The notes under the pieces were generated by a model. The model did no database searches and was not told the origin of the DNA. It saw only the letters and a list, made by a program, of their open reading frames with translations. This document shows, one piece after another, positions 8,988 to 17,429 of a stretch of 27,470 bases of DNA. Each line of letters begins with the position of its first letter. Position 1 is the stretch's first letter. This DNA is from a virus (Duplodnaviria > Caudoviricetes), in the IMG/VR virus record IMGVR_UViG_3300046779_000762, positions 1-27,470 of that record; one strand, given 5' to 3'. The position numbers were made by a program, and so were the translations under genes.

Positions 8988-9367
8988 TCAAAGGAATAAA
9001 TTCGTCTGGTAGATATATTACTGTATCAGGTGGGTCTAGTGCTACTCCATATATCAGCCCGGGTGCCGCCGGTGCTGGTATGGTTAGATTTAACCCAAAC
9101 ATGAATCAACTAGAAGTTAATGACGGAAATAGTTGGATTAGAATTGATACTAGTTATGCCACAGTAGAGCTTAATCAAGAAGCAGAGTCATTACTCGACT
9201 GGGCAAGACGAGAACGTAACAAACAACTAGAACGAGAAGCAAAGATTAAAGACAATCCTGCATTACAAAAAGCATATGAAGCGATTAAACGTGCAGAAGA
9301 AAACTTTGACTTGCTTGAAGCGATTGCAGGAAATTATAACTCAGACGACCAAACGGAGTCAGCATGA
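8984..9367 (+). CDS. hypothetical protein (GMVRFN..LEVNDGNSW motif plus C-terminal helical/coiled-coil region)
   Basis: 127 aa; ATGA overlaps; AAGGA SD. Confidence 0.7.
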   Translation: MIKGINSSGRYITVSGGSSATPYISPGAAGAGMVRFNPNMNQLEVNDGNSWIRIDTSYATVELNQEAESLLDWARRERNKQLEREAKIKDNPALQKAYEAIKRAEENFDLLEAIAGNYNSDDQTESA

Positions 9368-9597
9368 CAGTAAAGATGCGTTACGATTCACATTGTGATG
9401 TAAAACAAGAATCGACAGGAAAAACTGTTAAAGCCGAAGTAATGGCATTTAACGAAGGACGAAATCTCACAGTAGTTCTTAACAAAAGTGTTAAACTTCT
9501 AATGAACTGGAATGGCAGAGTCTATGAAGGTCGTATGGCTGGTATGGACTTTATTAGTAACGGTCCAAAGGGACAAGCATATACGGAGGGCAGATGA
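9364..9597 (+). CDS. hypothetical phage protein
   Basis: 77 aa; GGAG SD; ATGA overlaps. Confidence 0.7.
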   Translation: MTVKMRYDSHCDVKQESTGKTVKAEVMAFNEGRNLTVVLNKSVKLLMNWNGRVYEGRMAGMDFISNGPKGQAYTEGR

Positions 9598-10313
9598 CTA
9601 CATTAGTTAAAAAGACTCTTGACGAGCTAATGCAGGACTTTGACTTCAGGACTTATAGCGATAACAAAGAAAAGATATGGGACGAGGATCCACTTGTACT
9701 TGCCGTTTCTTTAAAAGACTTAGCAGACAAAACTTGTCAGTTCCAAAGTCTCAATAGTCATCAAGTCAAAGAGAATGTAACAGAAGAGCACAGGCAACAA
9801 GCAGAAGTCATTAGAAAATATTATGGTAAAAAGTTCTTTTGGACTAGTTTAACTAACAATAGATCTTTAAGCCCATTTAGAACTAGATTGTGTTATCTTT
9901 TAGAAAGCCGGACTCGCGTTACTCAAGACAAGGACGAAGGTATATATTACAAATTACCTTGGTTCTACGAAGAAGACATGGCCTACGAAGATTTTAAACT
10001 ACAATATAAAACTACAGATTTACCAAAATTAGATTATAAAGTTCAGCCGGTAGCAAAGATGCTGTCGTTTATCAAAACAACAACAGGTTGGCAGGCTAAA
10101 CGGAAAGTAGAATATTTTTGGTTTAAGGACAGTGAAGACTATTTGCATGGCATTGCCATTGATTGTAACAATCCGTTGTTAGAGTTATTCAAAGGAATCG
10201 TCACTGAAAATCCTAACTGTACTTTTATTACACGCATTACGGAAGATAGAATCGACCAGATGTACTATTACAAACTTCATCAATTTAAATTACTAAAGGA
10301 AAAACATGCCTAA
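9594..10313 (+). CDS. hypothetical phage protein, paralog of 3192..3908
   Basis: 239 aa; GGAGG SD; shared motifs AEVIRKYY and [10 protein letters not shown]. Confidence 0.75.
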   Translation: MTTLVKKTLDELMQDFDFRTYSDNKEKIWDEDPLVLAVSLKDLADKTCQFQSLNSHQVKENVTEEHRQQAEVIRKYYGKKFFWTSLTNNRSLSPFRTRLCYLLESRTRVTQDKDEGIYYKLPWFYEEDMAYEDFKLQYKTTDLPKLDYKVQPVAKMLSFIKTTTGWQAKRKVEYFWFKDSEDYLHGIAIDCNNPLLELFKGIVTENPNCTFITRITEDRIDQMYYYKLHQFKLLKEKHA

Positions 10314-10929
10314 TTTGGTACCAATGGTTGTAGAATCAACTAACAAAGGCGAACGTGCCTATGACATTTATTCTCGCCTGTTAAAGGATCGTGTAATTAT
10401 GTTGGACACAGATGTCAGCGAACATAGTGCCAGCGTCATTGTAGCACAGTTGTTATTCCTTGAAAGTGAAAACAGCGAAAAGGATATCAGCCTGTTTATT
10501 AACAGCCCTGGTGGTTTAGTCACAGCAGGCTTGGCTATCTACGATACTATGCAGTTTATTAAACCAGACGTTGCTACATACGTCATTGGACAAGCGGCAA
10601 GTATGGGTAGTTTCTTAGCACAAGCAGGTGCACCAGGTAAGCGTCATGTGTTGCCCGAAAGTCGCACAATGATTCATCGTGTAAGTTCTGGTACCCCGGG
10701 CACACGTGGTAGTGTACACGTACAAGAACTACAGTTTGAAGATGCAAAACGCACTTATGAAGAAAGTCAGCGCATTAACAAACGTCTGACAGAATTGTAT
10801 GTTCGACACAATACTAAAGGTAAGACATACGAAGAACTGTTCAGTGACATGAAGTTTGACACATTCTTATCAGCCGAACAAGCAGTCGAATATGGACTTG
10901 CAGATAAGGTAATTTCCAAGAGACCATGA
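10306..10929 (+). CDS. clpP: ATP-dependent Clp protease proteolytic subunit
   Basis: [36 protein letters not shown] (catalytic Ser), MIH (His), [18 protein letters not shown]. Confidence 0.96.
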   Translation: MPNLVPMVVESTNKGERAYDIYSRLLKDRVIMLDTDVSEHSASVIVAQLLFLESENSEKDISLFINSPGGLVTAGLAIYDTMQFIKPDVATYVIGQAASMGSFLAQAGAPGKRHVLPESRTMIHRVSSGTPGTRGSVHVQELQFEDAKRTYEESQRINKRLTELYVRHNTKGKTYEELFSDMKFDTFLSAEQAVEYGLADKVISKRP

Positions 10930-11486
10930 CATATATAGACCACAAAGGCGAGTTTGATAAGTTTGATTTTAGTTCTGTAATTACCGATGCGGATCAAACA
11001 TCCGCAATTAATCAAGTTACTGACATTATCAATAGCGGACAGTACTTTAAAAACAGTCCTCGTTATCAAACTCAAGTGAACTTATTTGGGATTAGAGACC
11101 CATTATGGTTACGATTCCGCATGAGTTTCATTTTTAGTGTGTTTATGTATTTAGGTAAAGAAGTTCCTATTCATAACTTACAGTCTTGGGTGTTTATGAC
11201 TAACAACGAAATACCTGAGGACAGAGATAAACTTTGGCACACGCACCATTACACTCCGGGCAAAACAACTATATCAGGCATTTGGTATTTAAAGATACCC
11301 ACTGATGCAGACTATAAGTCATCTGGTACAGAATTTGCTCCTAATGGTGTGGAAGCGCCAGAGCGGTTTATTATAGAGCCAGTTCAAAAACATTGGCTCA
11401 TTTACCCAGGCAGAATATATCATAGACCTATGCCTCCACAGAGCAAAGAATACAGATATGTTTTAGCCGCAGACTTGGAGTTTTAA
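10926..11486 (+). CDS. putative 2OG-Fe(II) oxygenase (TIGR02466-like)
   Basis: WHTH...SGIWYLKIP...GTEF...IYPGRIYH...RYVLAAD fits the double-stranded beta-helix HxH...H...R pattern. Confidence 0.7.
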   Translation: MTYIDHKGEFDKFDFSSVITDADQTSAINQVTDIINSGQYFKNSPRYQTQVNLFGIRDPLWLRFRMSFIFSVFMYLGKEVPIHNLQSWVFMTNNEIPEDRDKLWHTHHYTPGKTTISGIWYLKIPTDADYKSSGTEFAPNGVEAPERFIIEPVQKHWLIYPGRIYHRPMPPQSKEYRYVLAADLEF

Positions 11487-11792
11487 ATGACAGACGTAAC
11501 AGATTTAGCAGAATTTCAAAGTGATTGGTACGCAACAGCCAACGACGAAGAACGAGCAACATTTAGAGATTGGCTTCTTGGTGTTTTAAAAATGCACAAT
11601 GTAGAAGTAACTTTCAAAAAAACAGACGGAACTATTAGAGAAATGTCCTGCACACTAAAAGAAGGCATTGTTCCAGTAGTTGCCAATCCCAAAACATCTG
11701 ACACACTATGCACCGTTTGGGATTTAAAATTAAGTCAGTGGCGCAGTTTTAAATTCGAAAACATTACTAGAATTAACTTTACACTTGAATGA
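11487..11792 (+). CDS. WYL_2/DUF2693-like SH3 beta-barrel protein
   Basis: VEVTFKKTDGTIREMSCTL...TVWDLKLSQWRSFKFENI is the typical pattern of this family in T4-like phages. Confidence 0.75.
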   Translation: MTDVTDLAEFQSDWYATANDEERATFRDWLLGVLKMHNVEVTFKKTDGTIREMSCTLKEGIVPVVANPKTSDTLCTVWDLKLSQWRSFKFENITRINFTLE

Positions 11793-12079
11793 CACCGCAG
11801 TTCCGTACAGACCAAAGAGACGGCTTTTGGACTGTAGATGTGTACTACATTAGTACTACAGAACAAGGATCTCTATTTTCGGATTGGGACGGCTGGGAAG
11901 AGCCGTTTAACGAGGAAACATACCAACAAATGGCTAAATGGTGCTATAGCACCTTTAAAACTTATATTTGGCCCCGTAGAGCCCGCAGAATGAGCTTTAC
12001 CCAATTTTGGTTCCGTAATAAAAAGGATTTGGACTGGTTTGTACTGTATTGGAGTTCGGTTGACATATCAATGGATTGA
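11789..12079 (+). CDS. hypothetical phage protein
   Basis: 96 aa, aromatic-rich; ends in FRNKKDLDWFVLYWS. Confidence 0.7.
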   Translation: MTPQFRTDQRDGFWTVDVYYISTTEQGSLFSDWDGWEEPFNEETYQQMAKWCYSTFKTYIWPRRARRMSFTQFWFRNKKDLDWFVLYWSSVDISMD

Positions 12080-12088
12080 CTATATAAT
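12060..12088 (+). promoter_or_regulatory. perfect sigma70 promoter
   Basis: TTGACA at 12060-12065, 17 nt spacer, TATAAT at 12083-12088; AAGGAG SD before the ATG at 12118. Confidence 0.85.
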
Positions 12089-12117
12089 AACTATATTGAA
12101 ACTTAAGGAGCAACCAA

Positions 12118-13320
12118 ATGGCAAAAACTGCAACCAAAACCCGTATAACCAAAAAGCAAGTTATCGCACATCGCACTCGTGCTGTGAAAGATACTAGCCC
12201 GAATTGGGAAGGTTGCGAGTCTTGGGATGGTGACAAGTTCCATAAGCATTTTCGTAGTGCTATGGACTACTATCGCCTAGAGTCCGAAATCAAAACTTAC
12301 AAGCCCATTGTTGTAAAATGGATGGAAGGTGCAGGCTATGCCAAAGCAGATGTTGCCTCCCTTAAGAAAGTCAAAGACAATCGTATTAGTACCACAATGG
12401 GTGCTATTGCCCATTGTCTGTTGCGCGGCATGACTCCACAACGTGCTGATTTTAACAACGGCAAGGACACTAACGAATGGTTGCGTAAGGCTATTGCTGA
12501 CGTAATCACCGAAGGCAAAGACGACGTTGATCCAGAAGTTGCGGCCGCCGAGAAAGAAGCAGAAAAGGCTACAGTTTACATGCCTAGCATCCAAGAACGT
12601 GTTCGTGATGCGGCTTATGCTATGACTGAAGAATTGGAAGATGCTTATCACAGTTTCCAAACTGACCCAGAAAATTTTGATCCTAAAGCATTCAAGGTGT
12701 TGAGCTTGTTGCGTGGCAAGGGTGTTAAAGCCGCTCATGCTCGTATCATCCGCGACTTCTATGCTCGTGATTTGGCAGAGCTAAACGAATTGGCTAGCGG
12801 CAAAGCCGACGAGCAGTTGCGTGAAGGTTACAGTCATCGTAGCAAGAAACAGATCCGTAACTTTATTGCGTTCTTGCAAGAAATTGAAGCGGCTTGTAAG
12901 ATGCTTATGGAAGAAGCAAAGGTTAACCGTGCTCCACGTAAGACCAAAGCAGTAAGCAAAGACAAGGTTGTTTCTAAACTCAAGTACAAGAAGCAAGACG
13001 AAGCTCTTAAACTTGTTAGTGTCAACCCTGCTGATATTATCGGTGCTAAGGAGTTGTGGGTTTATAACACAAAGAGTCGTAAGATTGGCAAATACATTGC
13101 CGGCGAGTTTAACGACTTAGGTGTTAAAGGTACTACAATTACCGGCTTTGACGAACACAAGAGCATTATGAAGACTGTACGCAAGCCTGAAGAAAAACTC
13201 AAAGAGTTTAAGGCCGCAGGCAAAGTTCAGTTGCGTAAGTTCTTGGACGATATTAATGCAACCGAAGCACGTATGAACGGACGCATTAACGAAGAAATTA
13301 TTCTGCTTAAGATTAATTAA
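12118..13320 (+). CDS. large basic/helical hypothetical phage protein (400 aa)
   Basis: Has its own consensus promoter and strong SD; Lys-rich; its stop overlaps the stop of the convergent gene in TTAATTAA. Confidence 0.85.
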   Translation: MAKTATKTRITKKQVIAHRTRAVKDTSPNWEGCESWDGDKFHKHFRSAMDYYRLESEIKTYKPIVVKWMEGAGYAKADVASLKKVKDNRISTTMGAIAHCLLRGMTPQRADFNNGKDTNEWLRKAIADVITEGKDDVDPEVAAAEKEAEKATVYMPSIQERVRDAAYAMTEELEDAYHSFQTDPENFDPKAFKVLSLLRGKGVKAAHARIIRDFYARDLAELNELASGKADEQLREGYSHRSKKQIRNFIAFLQEIEAACKMLMEEAKVNRAPRKTKAVSKDKVVSKLKYKKQDEALKLVSVNPADIIGAKELWVYNTKSRKIGKYIAGEFNDLGVKGTTITGFDEHKSIMKTVRKPEEKLKEFKAAGKVQLRKFLDDINATEARMNGRINEEIILLKIN

Positions 13321-15425
13321 GTAGCACTAAGGTTAATTGTTATCACAGGACTTAGTCCAACAAGGGTTCCAGTAGTGGACCCTTGTCTCACACCAATTCT
13401 AAATGTTTCTGCGCTTTCTGCTCCGTCAGTAGAACGAATGGAAACTACACCGTTGATAAAATAATTTCCCTGGCTGGTAATATTGAACGAATACGGTAAT
13501 CCGCTAACATCTGCGGCTACAGCAGAGCCGGTGCTTTCGAATGTTAACCAATATTGTCCTTGGACCATTCCGTTAGGAGATGATAACGGTGTAGTTACTG
13601 TAATGTTTAATCCGTTACCTTCACTAGCAGGATTTGGAGAAACTGCAGAAATTGTCATCGACGAATCGTACAATATTATCTGTCCACTAGTTACTAATAC
13701 TGTTCCTGCGGTGGAGCCTTCTCTAATTTGAACTGTAAAAACTTGGACGCTATTAGTTTCTGCTACAGTATCAGATGCCGCACCGATAGTTAATGTAGTT
13801 GTCTGATTTAATGAAGTTGTTGTGAAAGACCCTGATAGACTTCCCGAAGAAAGATCTGTAGTCAGTAGTGTTCCAGATACGTTATTAAATGTATAGTAAT
13901 ATGTTCCAGCAGGTCCAAGGTTTCCTACTTGTAATGTAGTCGATGTACCATATCCAGATATATTACCTGCCAATTCTGCAATAGAACTATTGGCAGTAAA
14001 TGAAGTAAATGGTGTCAATGAGGTATCAAGTATTGTTACACTAGTTGATACTATAATAGTTCCGCTAGTACTGCCGCTTCGAACTTGCACGTTCATAGTT
14101 TCAGATCCTTCGGTTGTTCTATCCGAAGACGTAGTGATGCTAAATGTGCCCGTACCGTTTTCTATTCCACCAGTACTACCGCTTACTGTAAATGAGCCGC
14201 TAGTAGCAGTTACATCACCTGCACTAATACCAGATGTTGTCCAGTAGTATGTTCCGTCTGGGCCAACATTGGCTGCGGTAAACGATACACTACTTCCTTC
14301 ATTTACAGTTGCCGCGCCAGGTGTTAATGTTGGCGTAATAGAAATATCTGTTATAGTTATTTCATCACTGGCGCCAAGAATTTGACCTGTGATGGACGTA
14401 TCTCTTACTGCTACAGAAAAAGTTTCTGTACCTTCTGTTGTTAAATCTTTGCTAGGCGTTATACTAAACGATCCACTGTTACTGGTCATTGTAAAAGTTC
14501 CAGACAGCGATGCTGAAGTAAAATCAGTTGTTGCTATTGCAGTACTACCCGATGCTTGCTCAATTGTATAGTAGTATGTTCCATTTGTAACGTTTGTTCC
14601 AGTAATAGTAAATGTAATTGCACTACCTTCGCTAGCGGTAAATGTAGAAGGTGTAACTGTAGCCGAAACAGGAGTAACAGTTGGTGGAGTAACATAATAC
14701 TGATTATAAGGTGTCAATGTGTTGTATGCAACCGAGTTGTTAGTAACAGTAATACCGTTTGCGCTAGAATCTGTTGAAACGGTTGCTGTGCTTCTACAAT
14801 TCAATAACAACTGTACGTTAGTTGCACCTTGACTGGTTCTAGTAAATGGAACTCTAGATGGTTCAAACGTTGCAGTATAATAGGCACTCTTTGCTACACG
14901 GATATTAGTCATATATCCTTGAAATGTATAAGTGTTATTAAAAACTAAATTTCCAAACGCAGGTGCATAAGCAGAAGTATCAGAATAGTTAGTGGTATTT
15001 GTTCTAGCATTATTAGCATAGCCATTTAAAAATATTCTCATACTTCCTGAACGTCTAACTAATGCAACGTGGTTCCAAGCGTTTAGTGTAACAAGATTCT
15101 GTGTACCAATATAAAAATCATTTCCTGGAACTTGTAAAAATATCTGTCGAGTGGGCCACAAGAATAAAAATAAGTAACGCTGACTACTATAGCTCGAACC
15201 GCGTTGACAAAATAGTGTAACACCGTTGCCCGAAGGAGAACTTGTAGTTGTAGGATAAATCCACATTTCAATAGTAAAGTCTCCTGTACCGTATTGAAAT
15301 GCTGTGCCAGCAGGCACTTGCAAATAGTCGTTGGCTGAATCAAATAATGCGCTACCGCCTGTAACTATTCCAGAAGTTCCGTACGATTGTACGCCTGCGC
15401 TACCTAATGTAGATAATAATGGCAT
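13317..15425 (-). CDS. virion fibre/receptor-binding protein: ConA/LamG-like lectin domain plus about four Calx-beta/Ig-like repeats
   Basis: GDFTIEMWIYP...NAWNHVALVR...FQGYMTNIRV is LamG-like. Repeated EG..TF...GTYY.T...SG.F....D..TEG.ETF.V.VR.GST.G units follow. Confidence 0.75.
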   Translation of the reverse strand: MPLLSTLGSAGVQSYGTSGIVTGGSALFDSANDYLQVPAGTAFQYGTGDFTIEMWIYPTTTSSPSGNGVTLFCQRGSSYSSQRYLFLFLWPTRQIFLQVPGNDFYIGTQNLVTLNAWNHVALVRRSGSMRIFLNGYANNARTNTTNYSDTSAYAPAFGNLVFNNTYTFQGYMTNIRVAKSAYYTATFEPSRVPFTRTSQGATNVQLLLNCRSTATVSTDSSANGITVTNNSVAYNTLTPYNQYYVTPPTVTPVSATVTPSTFTASEGSAITFTITGTNVTNGTYYYTIEQASGSTAIATTDFTSASLSGTFTMTSNSGSFSITPSKDLTTEGTETFSVAVRDTSITGQILGASDEITITDISITPTLTPGAATVNEGSSVSFTAANVGPDGTYYWTTSGISAGDVTATSGSFTVSGSTGGIENGTGTFSITTSSDRTTEGSETMNVQVRSGSTSGTIIVSTSVTILDTSLTPFTSFTANSSIAELAGNISGYGTSTTLQVGNLGPAGTYYYTFNNVSGTLLTTDLSSGSLSGSFTTTSLNQTTTLTIGAASDTVAETNSVQVFTVQIREGSTAGTVLVTSGQIILYDSSMTISAVSPNPASEGNGLNITVTTPLSSPNGMVQGQYWLTFESTGSAVAADVSGLPYSFNITSQGNYFINGVVSIRSTDGAESAETFRIGVRQGSTTGTLVGLSPVITINLSAT

Positions 15426-15434
15426 TATAAACCT

Positions 15435-17366
15435 TTATGCAAATCTAGCCTGACTAGCAATAACTGTGTATGTACTTGCGGCTGTTTTGATAATTGTAAA
15501 CGAGTACGAATCAATACTACTTGCGTTACCGCCTGTCGGAGCACTACCGCCTAGCCATTTTGGAGTAACTGCTGTTCCGTCTACGCTGAACGCTGTTGGG
15601 TAGTACGCTGTACCGCCTTGCTGTGCTAGTAATACTACCGTAACGCTTTGTCCAGTTGTTAAGAACGTATTCATTGTTGTACTGCCATCGCCTCGGAAGT
15701 TTAATGTCCAGTTTGCGGCGGCATTGGTCGAATAATAAAATACTGAATTAGTCTTACAATCTAATGTAGTAGCACCAGTAAGTGCGGCAGGGTTAACAGA
15801 AACTGTTTCAATTGTACTAGTACCAATACTAAGTGTACTACTTGCACTAACTGTACTACCAGAAATAATACCGCTGAAAGTTCCTGCTGTAAGAACATTT
15901 GTACTTGGGTTGTAGGCTAAGTCAACATCAGTTCTAATATTTTCATTACCAGTAGTAGTATCAACGAATGTAATATAATGAGCGGCATTTGTACTTGTAG
16001 CAGTTAAAGCAACTTGGGTAGCAGGGCCACTAAACGATGTTGCTGTGATTGTACCTGCACTAAAGTCGCCGTTTGCATCTCTAAAAACAATAGTAGATGC
16101 TGTATTATTTTCTGTAGCGTTTGAACTGACAGTAAATGTTCCGCCTTCGCTACTAGAACTTCCACTTAAACCGTTACCACTTACACCGGCAGTAGCAACG
16201 TAGTTACCAGTTGTATCTGTTCCTAATGCAACTTTGTCTGTTTCAACTGTGGCTGTTAAAGTTACATCTCCGCTACCGTCAATGCTTACACTACCACTTA
16301 AATCTCCTGCTAGTGTAATTGTACGAGCAGTATGCCATTTACTTGCAGTAGCCGCTCTTAAGTTAGCAACTTCTGTTGTTGATGTTACTGTTAACGGTGC
16401 TGTGCCTATTGCAACAGTAGATGTTAATGTATTACCACTAACATATCCACCAGCGTTGATATTTTCAAATACTGCTAAACCGCCTGCGGTTAATTTTAAT
16501 GCGCCGGTAGATGTATTACTAGAGCCTGTTGCATTTGAAATTGTAATAGCATTTGTAGAGCTTGCTCCGCGGCCTGTGACATTTTCAAGAGTAGATGTAA
16601 CCGCTAAATCAATATTATCCGATGCAATTGGTGTACCAGTAACGCTACTGATAGTTAAAATTGTGCCAGATCCATCTACACTACCAACTGTAATTGTAAC
16701 GTTGTTTGCAGGATTTAATCCGCCAGGAAATTGTGTTCCGTAAATTGTTACAGTATTTCCTAGAGCAAATCCTGAACCACCGCTGTTAACGTTGGCAACG
16801 TAAGTGTTGTTGATAATTGAAATATCAAATACGGCGTTAATGCCCGACCCGCTTGTAGCATCTTGATTAAAAGTAGATGGCAATGAAACGCTGTCTTGAT
16901 ATGTAACTGTTAGTTCTGTATGCGTACCATTAGTCAATAGTGCCGCAGACAAGTCTTCAATTTGTTCTTGGCTAAACGGCAACGTTGGACTGTTAGCACT
17001 AATTGTTAATTGATTGGCTCCGCTTCTTGTAATAAGAATTGGACTCGACGGATCTGGGTATATCTCTATGTCGCTGTACTCTGCACCCAAATCTCTTTCC
17101 AAACGGATTTTAGTTGTGCCTAGTGGCACATAGGTTTGATAATCTGGACCGTGAATAGTAATTGTATCTGTTGTTTGCCCAGGCGTTCCTGTAGCAGAGT
17201 CCTCAATACTAAATGCAATATTTTGCCCTGCTACAATAGTAGCCGTGTCTGTAACGCTATCTGCTTCGATTTCTGTATCGATTGTAATAGCATTAGGAAT
17301 TGTTGTTGTACTTTCGCTTGGTCTAAAGCGAATTTTTCTAAAAAAATCGTAAAAGGCTGCTGGCAT
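15435..17366 (-). CDS. tail-fibre-like virion structural protein
   Basis: Thr/Ser/Gly-rich. Fibre motifs ARTITLAGDLSGSVSIDGSGDVTL, DTTGNYVA and TIVFRDANGDFSAGTITA; compact C-terminal beta domain. Confidence 0.75.
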   Translation of the reverse strand: MPAAFYDFFRKIRFRPSESTTTIPNAITIDTEIEADSVTDTATIVAGQNIAFSIEDSATGTPGQTTDTITIHGPDYQTYVPLGTTKIRLERDLGAEYSDIEIYPDPSSPILITRSGANQLTISANSPTLPFSQEQIEDLSAALLTNGTHTELTVTYQDSVSLPSTFNQDATSGSGINAVFDISIINNTYVANVNSGGSGFALGNTVTIYGTQFPGGLNPANNVTITVGSVDGSGTILTISSVTGTPIASDNIDLAVTSTLENVTGRGASSTNAITISNATGSSNTSTGALKLTAGGLAVFENINAGGYVSGNTLTSTVAIGTAPLTVTSTTEVANLRAATASKWHTARTITLAGDLSGSVSIDGSGDVTLTATVETDKVALGTDTTGNYVATAGVSGNGLSGSSSSEGGTFTVSSNATENNTASTIVFRDANGDFSAGTITATSFSGPATQVALTATSTNAAHYITFVDTTTGNENIRTDVDLAYNPSTNVLTAGTFSGIISGSTVSASSTLSIGTSTIETVSVNPAALTGATTLDCKTNSVFYYSTNAAANWTLNFRGDGSTTMNTFLTTGQSVTVVLLAQQGGTAYYPTAFSVDGTAVTPKWLGGSAPTGGNASSIDSYSFTIIKTAASTYTVIASQARFA

Positions 17367-17391
17367 TTAGATTGTTTCCTGTTGTTACCAA

Positions 17392-17422
17392 TATTTATGC
17401 TATGTTGGATTCTATATAAATA
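17392..17422. promoter_or_regulatory. divergent pair of T4-late-type promoter motifs
   Basis: Minus-strand CATAAATA at 17392-17399 upstream of the gene starting at 17366; plus-strand TATAAATA at 17415-17422, 7 nt before the ATG at 17430. Confidence 0.65.
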
Positions 17423-17429
17423 CTACACT

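Noticed and set aside
13305-13335. TTAATTAA palindrome at the convergent gene junction as a terminator
   Set aside because: It is simply two overlapping TAA stop codons; no GC-rich stem with a U-tract is evident.
13483-16743. Plus-strand ORFs antisense to the two fibre genes (e.g. 16234..16743, 13990..14247)
   Set aside because: These are shadow ORFs of Thr/Ser/Gly-rich coding sequence, giving Val/Pro/Leu-rich translations with no SD, promoter or motifs.
17136-17429. 98 aa N-terminal extension of the 635 aa ORF
   Set aside because: It overlaps the divergent gene and both promoter motifs and translates as Cys-rich nonsense; the ATG at 17430 is the better start.
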